A stretch of DNA of 64,000 nucleotides, from IMG/VR virus record IMGVR_UViG_3300017963_000262, positions 1-64,000 of that record; one strand, 5' to 3'. This DNA is from a virus. A program made the translations under genes and the position numbers. The notes under the pieces were generated by a model. It did not search any database. It saw only the letters and a list, made by a program, of their open reading frames with translations, and was not told where the DNA came from. This document shows positions 9,645 to 19,378 of this stretch, in pieces. Position 1 is the first letter of the stretch, and every line of letters starts with the position of its first letter.

Positions 9645-10055
9645 ATGCAAAGTATTAATGATGCACAAGAAAATGAAGTAGTAGAACGTGATATGTTTAT
9701 TAGAGCAGAGGATCTTAGAGATATTACACTAACTCCAGAACAATTGTTTGAAATTCAAAAAAATAACCTTTGTGAAACTCTTATGGAGTCAATGGTTAAA
9801 GTTGCAACAAAAAATGGTGCTCATGTCTACGCTAGTAATTTACTAGAAGCTATGGACGAAAAACTTCGCAATGAAATTGTGGATCATTTTAAAGATCTTG
9901 GTTATGATGTAATTCTTTCTGAAAAGCTCACAACTAAACAACAAACTCAACAAGGCGTTAAAGAAATTGATTATCGAGTATTGTCAATTGGCTGGGCAAA
10001 AAAAGAACTTGCTGAGGTTAATAACTCTCCAGAACAAAGTTCAGAGGTAGAATAA
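9645..10055 (+). CDS. hypothetical protein
   Basis: 136 aa, strong SD AAGGAGA 7 nt upstream. Confidence 0.45.
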   Translation: MQSINDAQENEVVERDMFIRAEDLRDITLTPEQLFEIQKNNLCETLMESMVKVATKNGAHVYASNLLEAMDEKLRNEIVDHFKDLGYDVILSEKLTTKQQTQQGVKEIDYRVLSIGWAKKELAEVNNSPEQSSEVE

Positions 10056-10285
10056 TGTATTTAACTGATCCCAAGGATGGCCAGAAATCAGTAACCCTTA
10101 CTTTTGTAGTAACGGCATTTCTCCTTTTTTCTGGATTTGCTTGTGCTGGTGCCTTGGGATACGCAAAAGATGTAAATGCTCTATCTGAATTATTCTATGC
10201 TTCGGCAGCACTTTATTTTGGACGTAGAGTAAAAGTTGGTGACAAAATTTTTGAAACAGGAAAGAAAGATAATGAATCAAATTAA
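10055..10285 (+). CDS. small membrane protein
   Basis: 76 aa; TAATG coupling to upstream gene; one to two hydrophobic segments. Confidence 0.35.
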   Translation: MYLTDPKDGQKSVTLTFVVTAFLLFSGFACAGALGYAKDVNALSELFYASAALYFGRRVKVGDKIFETGKKDNESN

Positions 10286-11150
10286 AATAACCCTAATTTT
10301 TGTACTATCGCTACTTTTTATTAAAGTTGCAGCAAATGCTGAAGTTTTAACTCCAAAAACAACTGCAGAATTTAAAAAGACCTCAGTTCGAGTGTATAAT
10401 CAAGAAATAAATAGTGGTGGAACCGGATCAATTCTAAAATCATCTAAAAGTGGAAGCACAATTTTAACTAATAAACATGTATGCCGATTAATTGAGCAGG
10501 GTGGTTATGTCGAACAATCAGGACGCAAGTATCCTGTGGCATCTTATAAAAAGTTTTCAGATCACGATTTGTGTCTTATTAAGGTAGATCACAATTTCGG
10601 CATTAGTCTTAAAATATCAAAAACCTTGGCAAAAGCCTCTGACGATATATACGTATCAGGACATCCTCATTTGTTGCCACATATCCTTACAAAAGGGCAC
10701 CTGTCAGATAATATGAAAATTCAGTTAATTATTGGAGTTAGACCGGATGACGAATGTGAATACAACGTAATGATTTGTATGATTCTAGGAGGCAATCCTG
10801 TATTACAGAATTTTGACTCTCAAGTTATCTCTAATTTGATTCAGCCGGGAAGCAGTGGTAGTGCTGTATTTAACTCTAAAGGTGAAATTGTTGGTGTAGT
10901 GTTTGCTGGTAGTGGTGATTTAAGTTTTGGCTTTATTGTTCCTCAGAAATATATTTTATATTTTATGTCAATGGCAGAATATACACCGTTTATTTCAGTA
11001 GGAACACCAGTAGATGATTTTGGTCTTCGTGGTCGAATTTTTAACTATGAGAAATGTGAAAAAATTAAAAAAACTAAATCTAAAAAATATATTAAAGCTC
11101 GTAATTTTTGTAAAAAATCTAAAGATAACATGATTAAGATTGGAAAATAA
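10236..11150 (+). CDS. secreted trypsin-like (S1/S1C family) serine protease
   Basis: 304 aa; signal peptide; LTNKHV (His region), DLCLIKV (Asp region), PGSSGSAVF (GDSGS-like Ser motif). Confidence 0.5.
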   Translation: MVTKFLKQERKIMNQIKITLIFVLSLLFIKVAANAEVLTPKTTAEFKKTSVRVYNQEINSGGTGSILKSSKSGSTILTNKHVCRLIEQGGYVEQSGRKYPVASYKKFSDHDLCLIKVDHNFGISLKISKTLAKASDDIYVSGHPHLLPHILTKGHLSDNMKIQLIIGVRPDDECEYNVMICMILGGNPVLQNFDSQVISNLIQPGSSGSAVFNSKGEIVGVVFAGSGDLSFGFIVPQKYILYFMSMAEYTPFISVGTPVDDFGLRGRIFNYEKCEKIKKTKSKKYIKARNFCKKSKDNMIKIGK

Positions 11151-11337
11151 AATGCTTAAAGTAAAAATTGATTATTCATCAATTAGGAATGAAATCGCAG
11201 TAATTAAGAATGAAGCTTTTCAAGCACTGGAAGGCGATGATCGAAAGAGAAGAGATGCTTTAGGTAGAGTTGTTGAAAAACTTAAAACTCTTCAAGCTCG
11301 TTTAGATGCTGATAGTGCACAAATTGAGGTAAATTAA
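11140..11337 (+). CDS. hypothetical protein
   Basis: 65 aa ORF overlapping neighbours at both ends. Confidence 0.3.
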   Translation: MENKMLKVKIDYSSIRNEIAVIKNEAFQALEGDDRKRRDALGRVVEKLKTLQARLDADSAQIEVN

Positions 11338-11612
11338 TGGAATATCTAATTAGCATTATCGTAGCTTTGCTCGGTGGTCTTTTCTATTTTAAAAATAAAG
11401 CAGATCAAGTTAGTGCAAATGAACGTATTGCTGAGACTAAAGGTCGAGATAGAGAGTTGGCCGAAAGACAAGCTGACATTGAACAGGCAATTAAAGACCT
11501 TGATGATGGTATTCGTAAGATGAATGAAGAACGTGAAGCTGAAAGACAACGTGAAAAAAATATGACTCTTAAAGAAAGAGCTGAAGCTGCTAAAAATAGG
11601 TACAAAAAATGA
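11337..11612 (+). CDS. N-terminally membrane-anchored coiled-coil protein (i-spanin-like architecture)
   Basis: 91 aa; one N-terminal TM (ISIIVALLGGLFYF) then a charged helical region. Confidence 0.35.
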   Translation: MEYLISIIVALLGGLFYFKNKADQVSANERIAETKGRDRELAERQADIEQAIKDLDDGIRKMNEEREAERQREKNMTLKERAEAAKNRYKK

Positions 11613-12010
11613 AAAATCTATTAACTTTCATTTTAATATATACACTAGCTGTACCCAGCTTTGCTTCAGACTGTCGAGAATCGGTCACATTGATCGACAA
11701 AGGAACCCCTGCTCAGTGTACTGGTTTCCTATATAGTCCTGATGCTGACGCTCAAGCTGCCTCAGATCATCGAGATGCTAAATATTACAAACTTATTAAT
11801 GAAAAGCTTACAGAACGTCACGACTTAATGCTTGAACAGAATAAAATCCTTGATAAAAGGTTAAAACTGTATATGGACCAAAGTCACGTTTTATCACAAG
11901 AACTACAACGAAAAGAGAATACTTCTACTTGGAAACAAGTAGGTTGGTTTCTTTTAGGAATAGGCGTAACAGGAATTGCTATATATGGGGCAGGACAACT
12001 TAACAATTGA
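11609..12010 (+). CDS. secreted/membrane protein (signal peptide plus C-terminal TM)
   Basis: 133 aa; N-terminal signal (LAVPSFASDC) and C-terminal TM (GWFLLGIGVTGIAIYGAG); ATGA-coupled to upstream gene. Confidence 0.35.
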   Translation: MKNLLTFILIYTLAVPSFASDCRESVTLIDKGTPAQCTGFLYSPDADAQAASDHRDAKYYKLINEKLTERHDLMLEQNKILDKRLKLYMDQSHVLSQELQRKENTSTWKQVGWFLLGIGVTGIAIYGAGQLNN

Positions 12011-12353
12011 AGAACTGTTAGAAATAGCAGAATCATCTAGTGACCCCACAGTAAATCCCAAAAACGAAAGGGCGATGAAGAAGTATCTAAATTTCTTCGG
12101 AATAACCTCTGGCCCAGATAAAATACCAGCACATATTATTTATTATCATTACCGAAAATGGCGAAAACAAAATTATATGACTAGTGATACCTTTTTTAAA
12201 GTTTTGAAAGGTATATTTGAGAGAGATAAAAACGTTGCAGCATATTATATTGATGGACCGTTTGATACTTCACTGGAAGGAAGTTTAAAAGCTCGTTCAT
12301 ATCTAAGGAAGGATAGAAATGTCAAAAGGAAGCAAAAAGAAAAAAGGGGCTAG
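11976..12353 (+). CDS. hypothetical protein
   Basis: 125 aa ORF. Confidence 0.35.
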   Translation: MLYMGQDNLTIEELLEIAESSSDPTVNPKNERAMKKYLNFFGITSGPDKIPAHIIYYHYRKWRKQNYMTSDTFFKVLKGIFERDKNVAAYYIDGPFDTSLEGSLKARSYLRKDRNVKRKQKEKRG

Positions 12354-12777
12354 TTTAAAAGTCCTCCAAAAGAAATCCACACGACTTATTCGACAAGAAT
12401 ATATGGATTATGATTATGTTGACAAACTTTCTAAAGAAGAGAAGCAATGGCTTGCTGATTTTACTGCAGAATACTATAATGCTTCAGTGGGCAGACAAGG
12501 TGATGAGGGTAAAGATAACAGATTTGCTAAATCTAAAGAAGAAGTAAAAGATTCACAACATCGAAATAATTTAGTAAACAATGACACTTATAGTAAAAAA
12601 AGAGCACATAACGATTTAATTTTTTCAAATAATGAAGGTGTTATTGATCCCCAGATAAGAAATAAATGGGCAAAGCAGCATTCTTACGAAGATGCTATTG
12701 TTAAAATATTAGATCACAAAAGAGACAATCTTAGCGATACCAGCTCCGATACCGACGATAAGAGCGATAAATCCTAA
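12319..12777 (+). CDS. hypothetical basic/acidic protein
   Basis: 152 aa; 3' end overlaps the convergent gene 12709-12999 by 69 nt. Confidence 0.35.
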   Translation: MSKGSKKKKGASLKVLQKKSTRLIRQEYMDYDYVDKLSKEEKQWLADFTAEYYNASVGRQGDEGKDNRFAKSKEEVKDSQHRNNLVNNDTYSKKRAHNDLIFSNNEGVIDPQIRNKWAKQHSYEDAIVKILDHKRDNLSDTSSDTDDKSDKS

Positions 12778-12999
12778 AAATTTAACAACCCCATCCAGTC
12801 TTACAATATGTTTTTTGATTGGTTTTAGATCAGTCTCTATACTATCAAGTCTTTTTTCAGCTAATTCTGTTCTTCTCATGTGTTCTTTAAGATTTTCTTC
12901 TTGTTTTACAAGAGTTTTATCAATATGATGAAGTTTCTCAGTTGTATCTTTTGACAACTGTTCTATTAACTTTTCAATTCTCGTAAGTCGCTTGAACAT
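12709..12999 (-). CDS. tail-anchored coiled-coil membrane protein
   Basis: 96 aa; coiled coil plus C-terminal TM (FLGFIALIVGIGAGIAKIVSFVI); last gene of the minus late block. Confidence 0.4.
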   Translation of the reverse strand: MFKRLTRIEKLIEQLSKDTTEKLHHIDKTLVKQEENLKEHMRRTELAEKRLDSIETDLKPIKKHIVRLDGVVKFLGFIALIVGIGAGIAKIVSFVI

Positions 13000-13002
13000 T
13001 CG

Positions 13003-14985
13003 TTATTCCCCACTATTCATTAACCCTAACATTTTACGATTGTCTGGACTTTGTAGGAGACTGAATATTAGGGCTTCTCTTCCGACCTTATCCTTTTCTG
13101 CGATCTTCTCAAGAGTACCAGCGAGTCTTTCTCCGCTTTTTCCATGTTTCTGTCTAATTTGATCTGCCTGAATTTTTAGTTCTTCAGGACTAGCTTTTTT
13201 TACATAATCAGCAGCTAATCTGTCTCTTTTGTATGGTTCTTTAGTATTTGTTTCATCCAATAGAGCAGAAGCAGTATTGGTAGCTGCAGCAGCAACGTTA
13301 GGAGCTTGGCCTTGCATTGCTTTCTTAAATGGACTATCGTCAATTTTATTTATCATATCTTTAGCTCTATTTAGAGCTTTTTGTTGTCTTAAAGCGGAAT
13401 GCGTATCCACAAGTTTAGAGATATCTTTTCCTGCATATTTCTCAACTAATCTCTTGGCACCAACTGTAGCAGGACCTAAAAGTTTATTGTCAGTAACTCC
13501 AGAAATTACACCAGCAGCAACATATTCACCCAGACCAATCTTATTATTACTTTTTTGAGACTGAACCAGACCCCTTCCTGCAATTTCATTAGCGTTTAGC
13601 AGATTTCTGTAAGTTTTATTATTTTTACTCATTTGTTGACCAAGCTCTGGGGATACCTTACCAGCTAAATCGTTCATCAATCCTGAAATATTTCCTTGAG
13701 CAGAGGTTAAATATTCGTTATATTTTGAAATCTCTAAATTTTCCCAATTCACTTCATTCTGTAAATCTTGCTTAATTTTATTAAGTCTTTCAAATTTATT
13801 TGGAGACTTTAAAGCATCAATTACATCATTATATACTTTTTCTGAAGTTTTAAGAATATCAGAATCGAGTTTTTGTCCACCAGACTGAGCATATCGAGTA
13901 GAACCAATTTTATCCATAAGAGTTTGTCTAAAAGACTCTCTAAAGTTTTTAACAGGTTCATCCATTTTAGTAGAAGCCATTTGAGCAGAAGTTTCGTCTA
14001 ATTTTTGGATTGTAGGCTTCATTCTATTGGTGTAAACCTCATCCAACTTATTAACTAAATCCTGTTTCAATTGTTCTGCTGTTTGTCTAGCCTTTAAGAT
14101 ACCTTCATCCATAACGGTTTTACCAGTACCTCTAAACGTATCGGCAGTAGCTTTTTTACTAGTTTTTGTTCCAAGTTCTTTAGCAAAGTCATTTGCTGTA
14201 GCACCCATAGCATTCATTGCAGTTTTGTTTATATTTTTAGGACCTTCATCAATTACTTCTTGCAAAGCTTTTTTAGAATTTCTAGCTCCAACTTTATCGG
14301 CAACCTTACCTAAAGTAGCTCCCATTCCAACACCACCAGCGGTATCCATAAGTTGACCAGTTAAGCTTTCACTTTCACTGCGACCAAGACCTTCTAGACC
14401 ACCAGAAATTGCACCAGTTTTAGTTGCACTCATTCCAGCTTGTTTTAACGCTTCTTTACCAACAGCTTGACTACCCTTAGCCAAAGCTTTTGTTCCTTGT
14501 AAAGCGGCTTTTCCACCTTTTAATAAACCGGAACCGGGAACTGGAGCTAAAAAACCACCAACAATATCACCACTCATTGCTGCAGTTGGTTGATCGGTTT
14601 CTGCTTTTTGTAATTTAGTTCTTTCGATATCTCTACCTTGACGATAAGCGTCTAACAGTTTTTGACGGTCAAGTGTTGGTCCATCAGGAGCTAAAGATAT
14701 ATCGGTAACACTTCCGCTACCCAAACCTTCGATACCTAGAACTCTTCCAGCAGCATCCATTCCTCCAGCAAGTTCATCACCGAACCCAAAAGAAGCACCT
14801 TGAGTTAATTTATTAAAAAATGCTTCAGGCGAAGACATTTTATTTTCTGATTCAGAACTTTCGGCCATACCTGTTTTATTTTGTAAATAGCTATCAGGAT
14901 CAAACTTTTTTGAAGTTTGTGTTTCATCTGTTTCTTCGGCAGACACACCTTTTTGTTCTAAATATTTATCTGGGTCAAAGCTCAT
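13003..14985 (-). CDS. virion structural/internal protein, Gly/Ala/Lys-rich
   Basis: 660 aa; duplicated N-terminal FDPD(K/S)YLQ motif; long low-complexity G/A/K-rich region; sits in the late operon. Confidence 0.45.
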   Translation of the reverse strand: MSFDPDKYLEQKGVSAEETDETQTSKKFDPDSYLQNKTGMAESSESENKMSSPEAFFNKLTQGASFGFGDELAGGMDAAGRVLGIEGLGSGSVTDISLAPDGPTLDRQKLLDAYRQGRDIERTKLQKAETDQPTAAMSGDIVGGFLAPVPGSGLLKGGKAALQGTKALAKGSQAVGKEALKQAGMSATKTGAISGGLEGLGRSESESLTGQLMDTAGGVGMGATLGKVADKVGARNSKKALQEVIDEGPKNINKTAMNAMGATANDFAKELGTKTSKKATADTFRGTGKTVMDEGILKARQTAEQLKQDLVNKLDEVYTNRMKPTIQKLDETSAQMASTKMDEPVKNFRESFRQTLMDKIGSTRYAQSGGQKLDSDILKTSEKVYNDVIDALKSPNKFERLNKIKQDLQNEVNWENLEISKYNEYLTSAQGNISGLMNDLAGKVSPELGQQMSKNNKTYRNLLNANEIAGRGLVQSQKSNNKIGLGEYVAAGVISGVTDNKLLGPATVGAKRLVEKYAGKDISKLVDTHSALRQQKALNRAKDMINKIDDSPFKKAMQGQAPNVAAAATNTASALLDETNTKEPYKRDRLAADYVKKASPEELKIQADQIRQKHGKSGERLAGTLEKIAEKDKVGREALIFSLLQSPDNRKMLGLMNSGE

Positions 14986-14986
14986 A

Positions 14987-16387
14987 TTAAAATCCGTGCA
15001 TTTTTAGAATAGTTTCAGCTTTAGGGTTAGTTGGGTTACTTAATGCCCATTCTACAGCCATTTGATCTTCTTCGTCAAGATTATTTAATTCTGGCATCAT
15101 AAGATCATTTACATCTTTCATTTCCATATTGTAAGATTTAGAGTATTTACCTCTTAAATCCATAGCTCGACTAGCTTTATTTCTCATTGCAGATTTTTTC
15201 ATTACGTTAGCTAAGTCAATAACAAATTGTTGGTTTTCTGGAGTAAGTTGTCCATTTTTGTAAGTTTCCATAACTTGTTGGATTCTAGAAGAAAGAGCTT
15301 GTGAACCACCAAAAGGCGCTTTATCCCCTTCACTCAAGTTACCAACCTCACCAGCAGCTCTAGCCATAAATGTGGGAATAGCAGAATGCCCGATAGGATT
15401 GTCAGATTGAACTAATTGAATAACGTTATTAGCTTGACCAATACTTTCATTAGATTTCTGAACAACTTTATCTTTTTCAAATTTATCCACAATTTTAGCA
15501 GATTGTTCTTGTTGCGTATCTTCAAATTTCTTATCAAATTGATCTTTTAAACGACCTTCTTTACCAGTAAGCAAATCAAGTCTTTCACGACCTTGAGCAA
15601 GTCTTTGATCGGTTTGATTTAAGCGTCTTTGATCCATTTGAAATCTTAAATGTTGAGCATAGATATTCTGCATCCAAGGTGAAATTTTATATAACATTTG
15701 AGCTGGTTGTTGCATAACAGTTTCAGGATTAACTCGTCTACCCATTGCATTGTTCATTTCAATAAAATATTCTTGAACCATTTTACTTTGTGGACTATTA
15801 GGATCAGCAACAGCATCAGCGTTTTGAAAATCAAGATTTGATTTCTGGAGATCCATTTTTAGTTTATCCATAACAACTTCGTGTTTTTCTTGAGCACGAT
15901 CTTGATCGTCTCTAGTTTGCTGCATTTTTTCTTTCATAGCAATATCACGAACTGGTTGATCTGCTTGTTTATTAAGCTCATCAAAAAGTTCACCACCGTC
16001 AGTAATTTTACCTCCTGCAGCGGTTGTGCTACCTTGTATAATTTTATTAAAACCTCGAAGTAATTGATTTGTTCTCTGAGCTTCATTTCTTTTAGCAATA
16101 GCGTCATCCATATTACCTCGATCACCGAGTTCTGCCATAGGATTAGCTTGAGAAACTTGTAATTTATCCATAGCTTCTTGACCACGAAGTTCGCCAAGGC
16201 GAGACATCATTTCTTCAAATTTAGCTCTACGATCTCCCATTTCCGCTGGAGGCATGTCCATGGGTTGTCGTTCTTCAATTAATGGTCTAAAATCTGGCAT
16301 TTCTTCTTGTTCAGGAAGAGGTTCTGGTGCTCTACCAAAAATTAATTGAGGATCAATAAATTCTACTTGTTGTTTATCTTTTGACAT
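14987..16387 (-). CDS. virion internal/ejection-like protein (Q/N/M/D-rich coiled coil)
   Basis: 466 aa; tightly packed with neighbours (1-nt spacing). Confidence 0.45.
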   Translation of the reverse strand: MSKDKQQVEFIDPQLIFGRAPEPLPEQEEMPDFRPLIEERQPMDMPPAEMGDRRAKFEEMMSRLGELRGQEAMDKLQVSQANPMAELGDRGNMDDAIAKRNEAQRTNQLLRGFNKIIQGSTTAAGGKITDGGELFDELNKQADQPVRDIAMKEKMQQTRDDQDRAQEKHEVVMDKLKMDLQKSNLDFQNADAVADPNSPQSKMVQEYFIEMNNAMGRRVNPETVMQQPAQMLYKISPWMQNIYAQHLRFQMDQRRLNQTDQRLAQGRERLDLLTGKEGRLKDQFDKKFEDTQQEQSAKIVDKFEKDKVVQKSNESIGQANNVIQLVQSDNPIGHSAIPTFMARAAGEVGNLSEGDKAPFGGSQALSSRIQQVMETYKNGQLTPENQQFVIDLANVMKKSAMRNKASRAMDLRGKYSKSYNMEMKDVNDLMMPELNNLDEEDQMAVEWALSNPTNPKAETILKMHGF

Positions 16388-17340
16388 TAACTTCCTCCAA
16401 ACATGGAAACTAACCCTTGACCAGCTTGACCTATAGCCTCAGCTTGTTGGGTATTGGCCTTTTGTTCGTCATTAGCCAATTGTTGTCGTACACCCATCTG
16501 CATTCCGGTGAGATTTTTATTTCTATTATAATTATCTACTAAAAGATTCTTATTTGCAACTTGTTGTTGATTTTGTAGACCAACTTGGGCATTAGAAATG
16601 GCTTGTTTATTAGCAAGATTCATTCTCTGGGCTTCATTCCTATTAGTAACATTCTGATTGCCAACGTTTTGACTGTTTGTGACATTAAATTGATTAATTG
16701 CGTCTCTAGCTTGTGCAATTTGAGACTGTTCACCAAAGTCCTGAGAGCGCATATTTCCTGCAAGGCTACCTTGTTGCATAAGTGCTTGTAGTGACCTATT
16801 TTGAGCATCTTGAATCATTCTATCTGATGCAGCAGCTCTCATATCTGTAGCTTTTTGTGCAGCATTAAGTTGAGCAGCAAGACTAGCACCACTATCTTCA
16901 GTACCTCTAGCTGCCTGACCTTGTAAAATTGTTTCAATATTTGCCGTAAGATTTTGTTGATTACCTCTATCAAACTCTCTCATAGCGGCCTTATCTGCCT
17001 CGGTAAAACCACCTTCTGCAATTTCACCAACACCAGCAAGAGCTTCGAGTTGTTCAAGTTTTAATTGTTCGTCAGCAGTAACGTCTTCCATAGCAGATGG
17101 ATCAAGATCCAAAGCTTTCATAACCTCTGGCTCAAATTCACCAACTAATTGTGGAAGCATAAGCTCCAATTCAAGATCAGAAACATCCGGCATCATGTCC
17201 CGAAGTTCAGCGATCATTGCATTTTTGTCACCAGCGGCAGCAGCAGCGGCTCTACGATTGGCACTTGCGGCTTGAGAATTGGCAACTGCAGTTCCGGCAG
17301 CAACAACTCCACCTACAATTGCAGCAGTAGCTAAACCCAT
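16387..17340 (-). CDS. virion internal protein (N-terminal hydrophobic/Ala-rich, Q/N-rich)
   Basis: 317 aa; N-terminal TM-like segment then an AAAAAAGD tract. Confidence 0.45.
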   Translation of the reverse strand: MGLATAAIVGGVVAAGTAVANSQAASANRRAAAAAAGDKNAMIAELRDMMPDVSDLELELMLPQLVGEFEPEVMKALDLDPSAMEDVTADEQLKLEQLEALAGVGEIAEGGFTEADKAAMREFDRGNQQNLTANIETILQGQAARGTEDSGASLAAQLNAAQKATDMRAAASDRMIQDAQNRSLQALMQQGSLAGNMRSQDFGEQSQIAQARDAINQFNVTNSQNVGNQNVTNRNEAQRMNLANKQAISNAQVGLQNQQQVANKNLLVDNYNRNKNLTGMQMGVRQQLANDEQKANTQQAEAIGQAGQGLVSMFGGS

Positions 17341-17750
17341 TAAAGACTCCTTATAAGATGAGTCAACTCATTATCTGACTCAATAAATCCAGTATTTTTT
17401 AATTTTTCCATATAGCGATCACTTTTTGTCATCACCATTACAGCTTTGGCACCGTCTTGTTTAGCCCAATCACAAGCATGATTAGTTAACTGTTCCAAAG
17501 CATCTTTTCTTTTTTCCCAATCGGCATTTGGATTACCGACAGTCCATTCAATCATATAAATTGGTGTATTAGTTTTTATTACCCAAGTAGCTGCAAGTTT
17601 TTCACCATCTTCAGCAATAAATCCTGCATCAGAAATTACATGAATTGTATTTTCATCCCAACCTTGAGATTTCCACCAATCAGTAACATCAGAAGCATCT
17701 TTGTCCAAGTCAAACTTTCTAATATTAAGTGACATTAAAATTACCACCAC
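17340..17750 (-). CDS. hypothetical protein within structural operon
   Basis: 136 aa globular, W-rich; no confident family. Confidence 0.4.
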   Translation of the reverse strand: MVVILMSLNIRKFDLDKDASDVTDWWKSQGWDENTIHVISDAGFIAEDGEKLAATWVIKTNTPIYMIEWTVGNPNADWEKRKDALEQLTNHACDWAKQDGAKAVMVMTKSDRYMEKLKNTGFIESDNELTHLIRSL

Positions 17751-19335
17751 TTTCTAAATCAGCAACACTATCATCTACAATCATGCGATTATTTCTGTTA
17801 CTATCAAGATAATCTAAAAGTCTATTAAATTGATTTATATCACTTTGATACCAGCTTCGATATGTGGGATGATACATTCTTTCAGAATAATTTAAAGCGT
17901 TTTGTAACTGTTCGCGAGATGTAGTATCAGCGGCTTGTTCACCACCCCATCCGCCAGTTCTGAATATACCACTAGAACTTCCTGTAGAGCCAAGATATCC
18001 TTGCATCAAGTCATTAATTGTTGTGTTTTCTCGGTATTCATTTTTACCTTGATTATAATCGTTTGGATTATACATTTCTCCAGTATGGGTATTGTATAAA
18101 CCTAAAGCATCATGTAAAGATTGCTCAAACACATTGTCTTCATAGTTTTGCATGTGTTTTGCTGCATCGCTAGTAAATTTATTAGCGTCAAATCCAATAT
18201 CAGAACCTTCTTTAACACCGAGGTCATAATCTCCAACTTGTGTTCCAGAAAGAGCAGCAAGAGCATTAAGTCTATCCATATAATCGGCTCTATCAGCAAC
18301 ATCAGCCATAGTAACATCAGTATCACCCAGATTGATGTTTCTGTTTGCATAGTCTTGTAAATCCATAACACCAACATTAGTACCGCCACCAAGACCTAAA
18401 AGATTCGCAACATCGCTGCTCATTCTTCCTGCACCAAATTGGCTTCTAGCTCTTTCCAAGTTATCTTGCAGTTCATTTCTGCGAACATCTTGTTCTGAAG
18501 TCAAATCTCCATATAAAGTACCGAAAGCACCTTCAGCATCAGGATTAAATTGTCCAATTGCTCCTAATATATCTCTTTGAGCTTGTTGAGCACCACCACG
18601 AATGTCTTGTATTCCACCACCTAAATCTTTCTGCAAAGAACTTAAGTTTTGATTGGCACTACCAACAGTTTGTCCAATGTCTGAACTTAGTTGGTTTAAG
18701 CCTCTATCATCTCCGGCTTGTAAAAATAACTGATCTAGCCTTCTCTGACCCATATTGTAATTTGGTTTATAAGCTCCACCAAAGGTATCTTGCAAAACTT
18801 GAAAACGACCGGATTCTGTACCTAAATTTTGACCAAATTGTTGCAGAGGATTAATATTTTGCGATAAATCAGAAATAGCTTGCTGACCTCGACCTTGAAG
18901 CTGATTTGCTTGATTTTGACCTAAACGCAGTTGAGTCACATCTTGAAGGTTATTTTGAGCAACATTCACAGCATCATTCTGGATGCCTTGAGCCAACTGA
19001 CCAGCTTGACCAATTCTAGAACGCTCATCTTGAATACCCTGTTGGACACCTTGAGCAGATTGAATGCCTTCTCGGACTTTACCCATGTAGTCTTCACCTT
19101 TTTGACGAATACCACCAGTTAATTGGTCACTAGCCTTCTTATTTGCCCCTAGATACTTCTGTAAATTAGTAAACCTACCTGACCCTTGAGGCTTGGCTTG
19201 AACGGCTTGTGTGGCAGGATTGGAGGTTGTAGAAGGTCCTCCGCCAGTAGACTGAACGCCATCATTCTGCTGCATAGGAGCAGATGTTTGCATTTCCTTA
19301 TTTTTATCGTCTTCTTGCGTTAAAATATTAGCCAT
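17725..19335 (-). CDS. virion internal/structural protein (Q/G/N-rich)
   Basis: 536 aa; SD AAGGTG; late-promoter motif copy immediately upstream. Confidence 0.45.
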   Translation of the reverse strand: MANILTQEDDKNKEMQTSAPMQQNDGVQSTGGGPSTTSNPATQAVQAKPQGSGRFTNLQKYLGANKKASDQLTGGIRQKGEDYMGKVREGIQSAQGVQQGIQDERSRIGQAGQLAQGIQNDAVNVAQNNLQDVTQLRLGQNQANQLQGRGQQAISDLSQNINPLQQFGQNLGTESGRFQVLQDTFGGAYKPNYNMGQRRLDQLFLQAGDDRGLNQLSSDIGQTVGSANQNLSSLQKDLGGGIQDIRGGAQQAQRDILGAIGQFNPDAEGAFGTLYGDLTSEQDVRRNELQDNLERARSQFGAGRMSSDVANLLGLGGGTNVGVMDLQDYANRNINLGDTDVTMADVADRADYMDRLNALAALSGTQVGDYDLGVKEGSDIGFDANKFTSDAAKHMQNYEDNVFEQSLHDALGLYNTHTGEMYNPNDYNQGKNEYRENTTINDLMQGYLGSTGSSSGIFRTGGWGGEQAADTTSREQLQNALNYSERMYHPTYRSWYQSDINQFNRLLDYLDSNRNNRMIVDDSVADLESGGNFNVT

Positions 19336-19348
19336 TCTACACCTTTTT

Positions 19349-19378
19349 TGGGGTACATCCCCAATATTATTTGTTAAT
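19349..19378 (-). promoter_or_regulatory. late-promoter motif copy 1
   Basis: minus strand reads AATTAACAAATAATATTGGGGAT; ~35 nt upstream of ATG 19335. Confidence 0.5.

Noticed and set aside
13229-13558. Antisense ORFs embedded in large minus-strand structural genes. These are 13229-13558, 15881-16063, 16585-16791, 17149-17334, 18121-18360, 18558-18854, 18931-19122, 20344-20637, 21889-22287, 22990-23199, 31434-31628, 35686-36597 (several), 39985-40278 and 40784-41023.
   Set aside because: They lie entirely inside longer, better-supported genes on the opposite strand. They have low-complexity S/L/F-rich translations typical of antisense frames and lack RBSs.
17340-17750. GNAT acetyltransferase call for the 136-aa protein in the structural operon
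   Set aside because: The acetyl-CoA-binding motif (R/Q-x-x-G-x-G/A) is not convincingly present (only DGAKAV). Left as hypothetical.
19349-19361. GGGGTACATCCCC hairpin as a terminator between minus-strand genes
   Set aside because: It has only a 4-bp stem, and the U-tract is on the wrong side for either strand. It is more likely part of the promoter-proximal initiating region (GGGG) of late-promoter copy 1.
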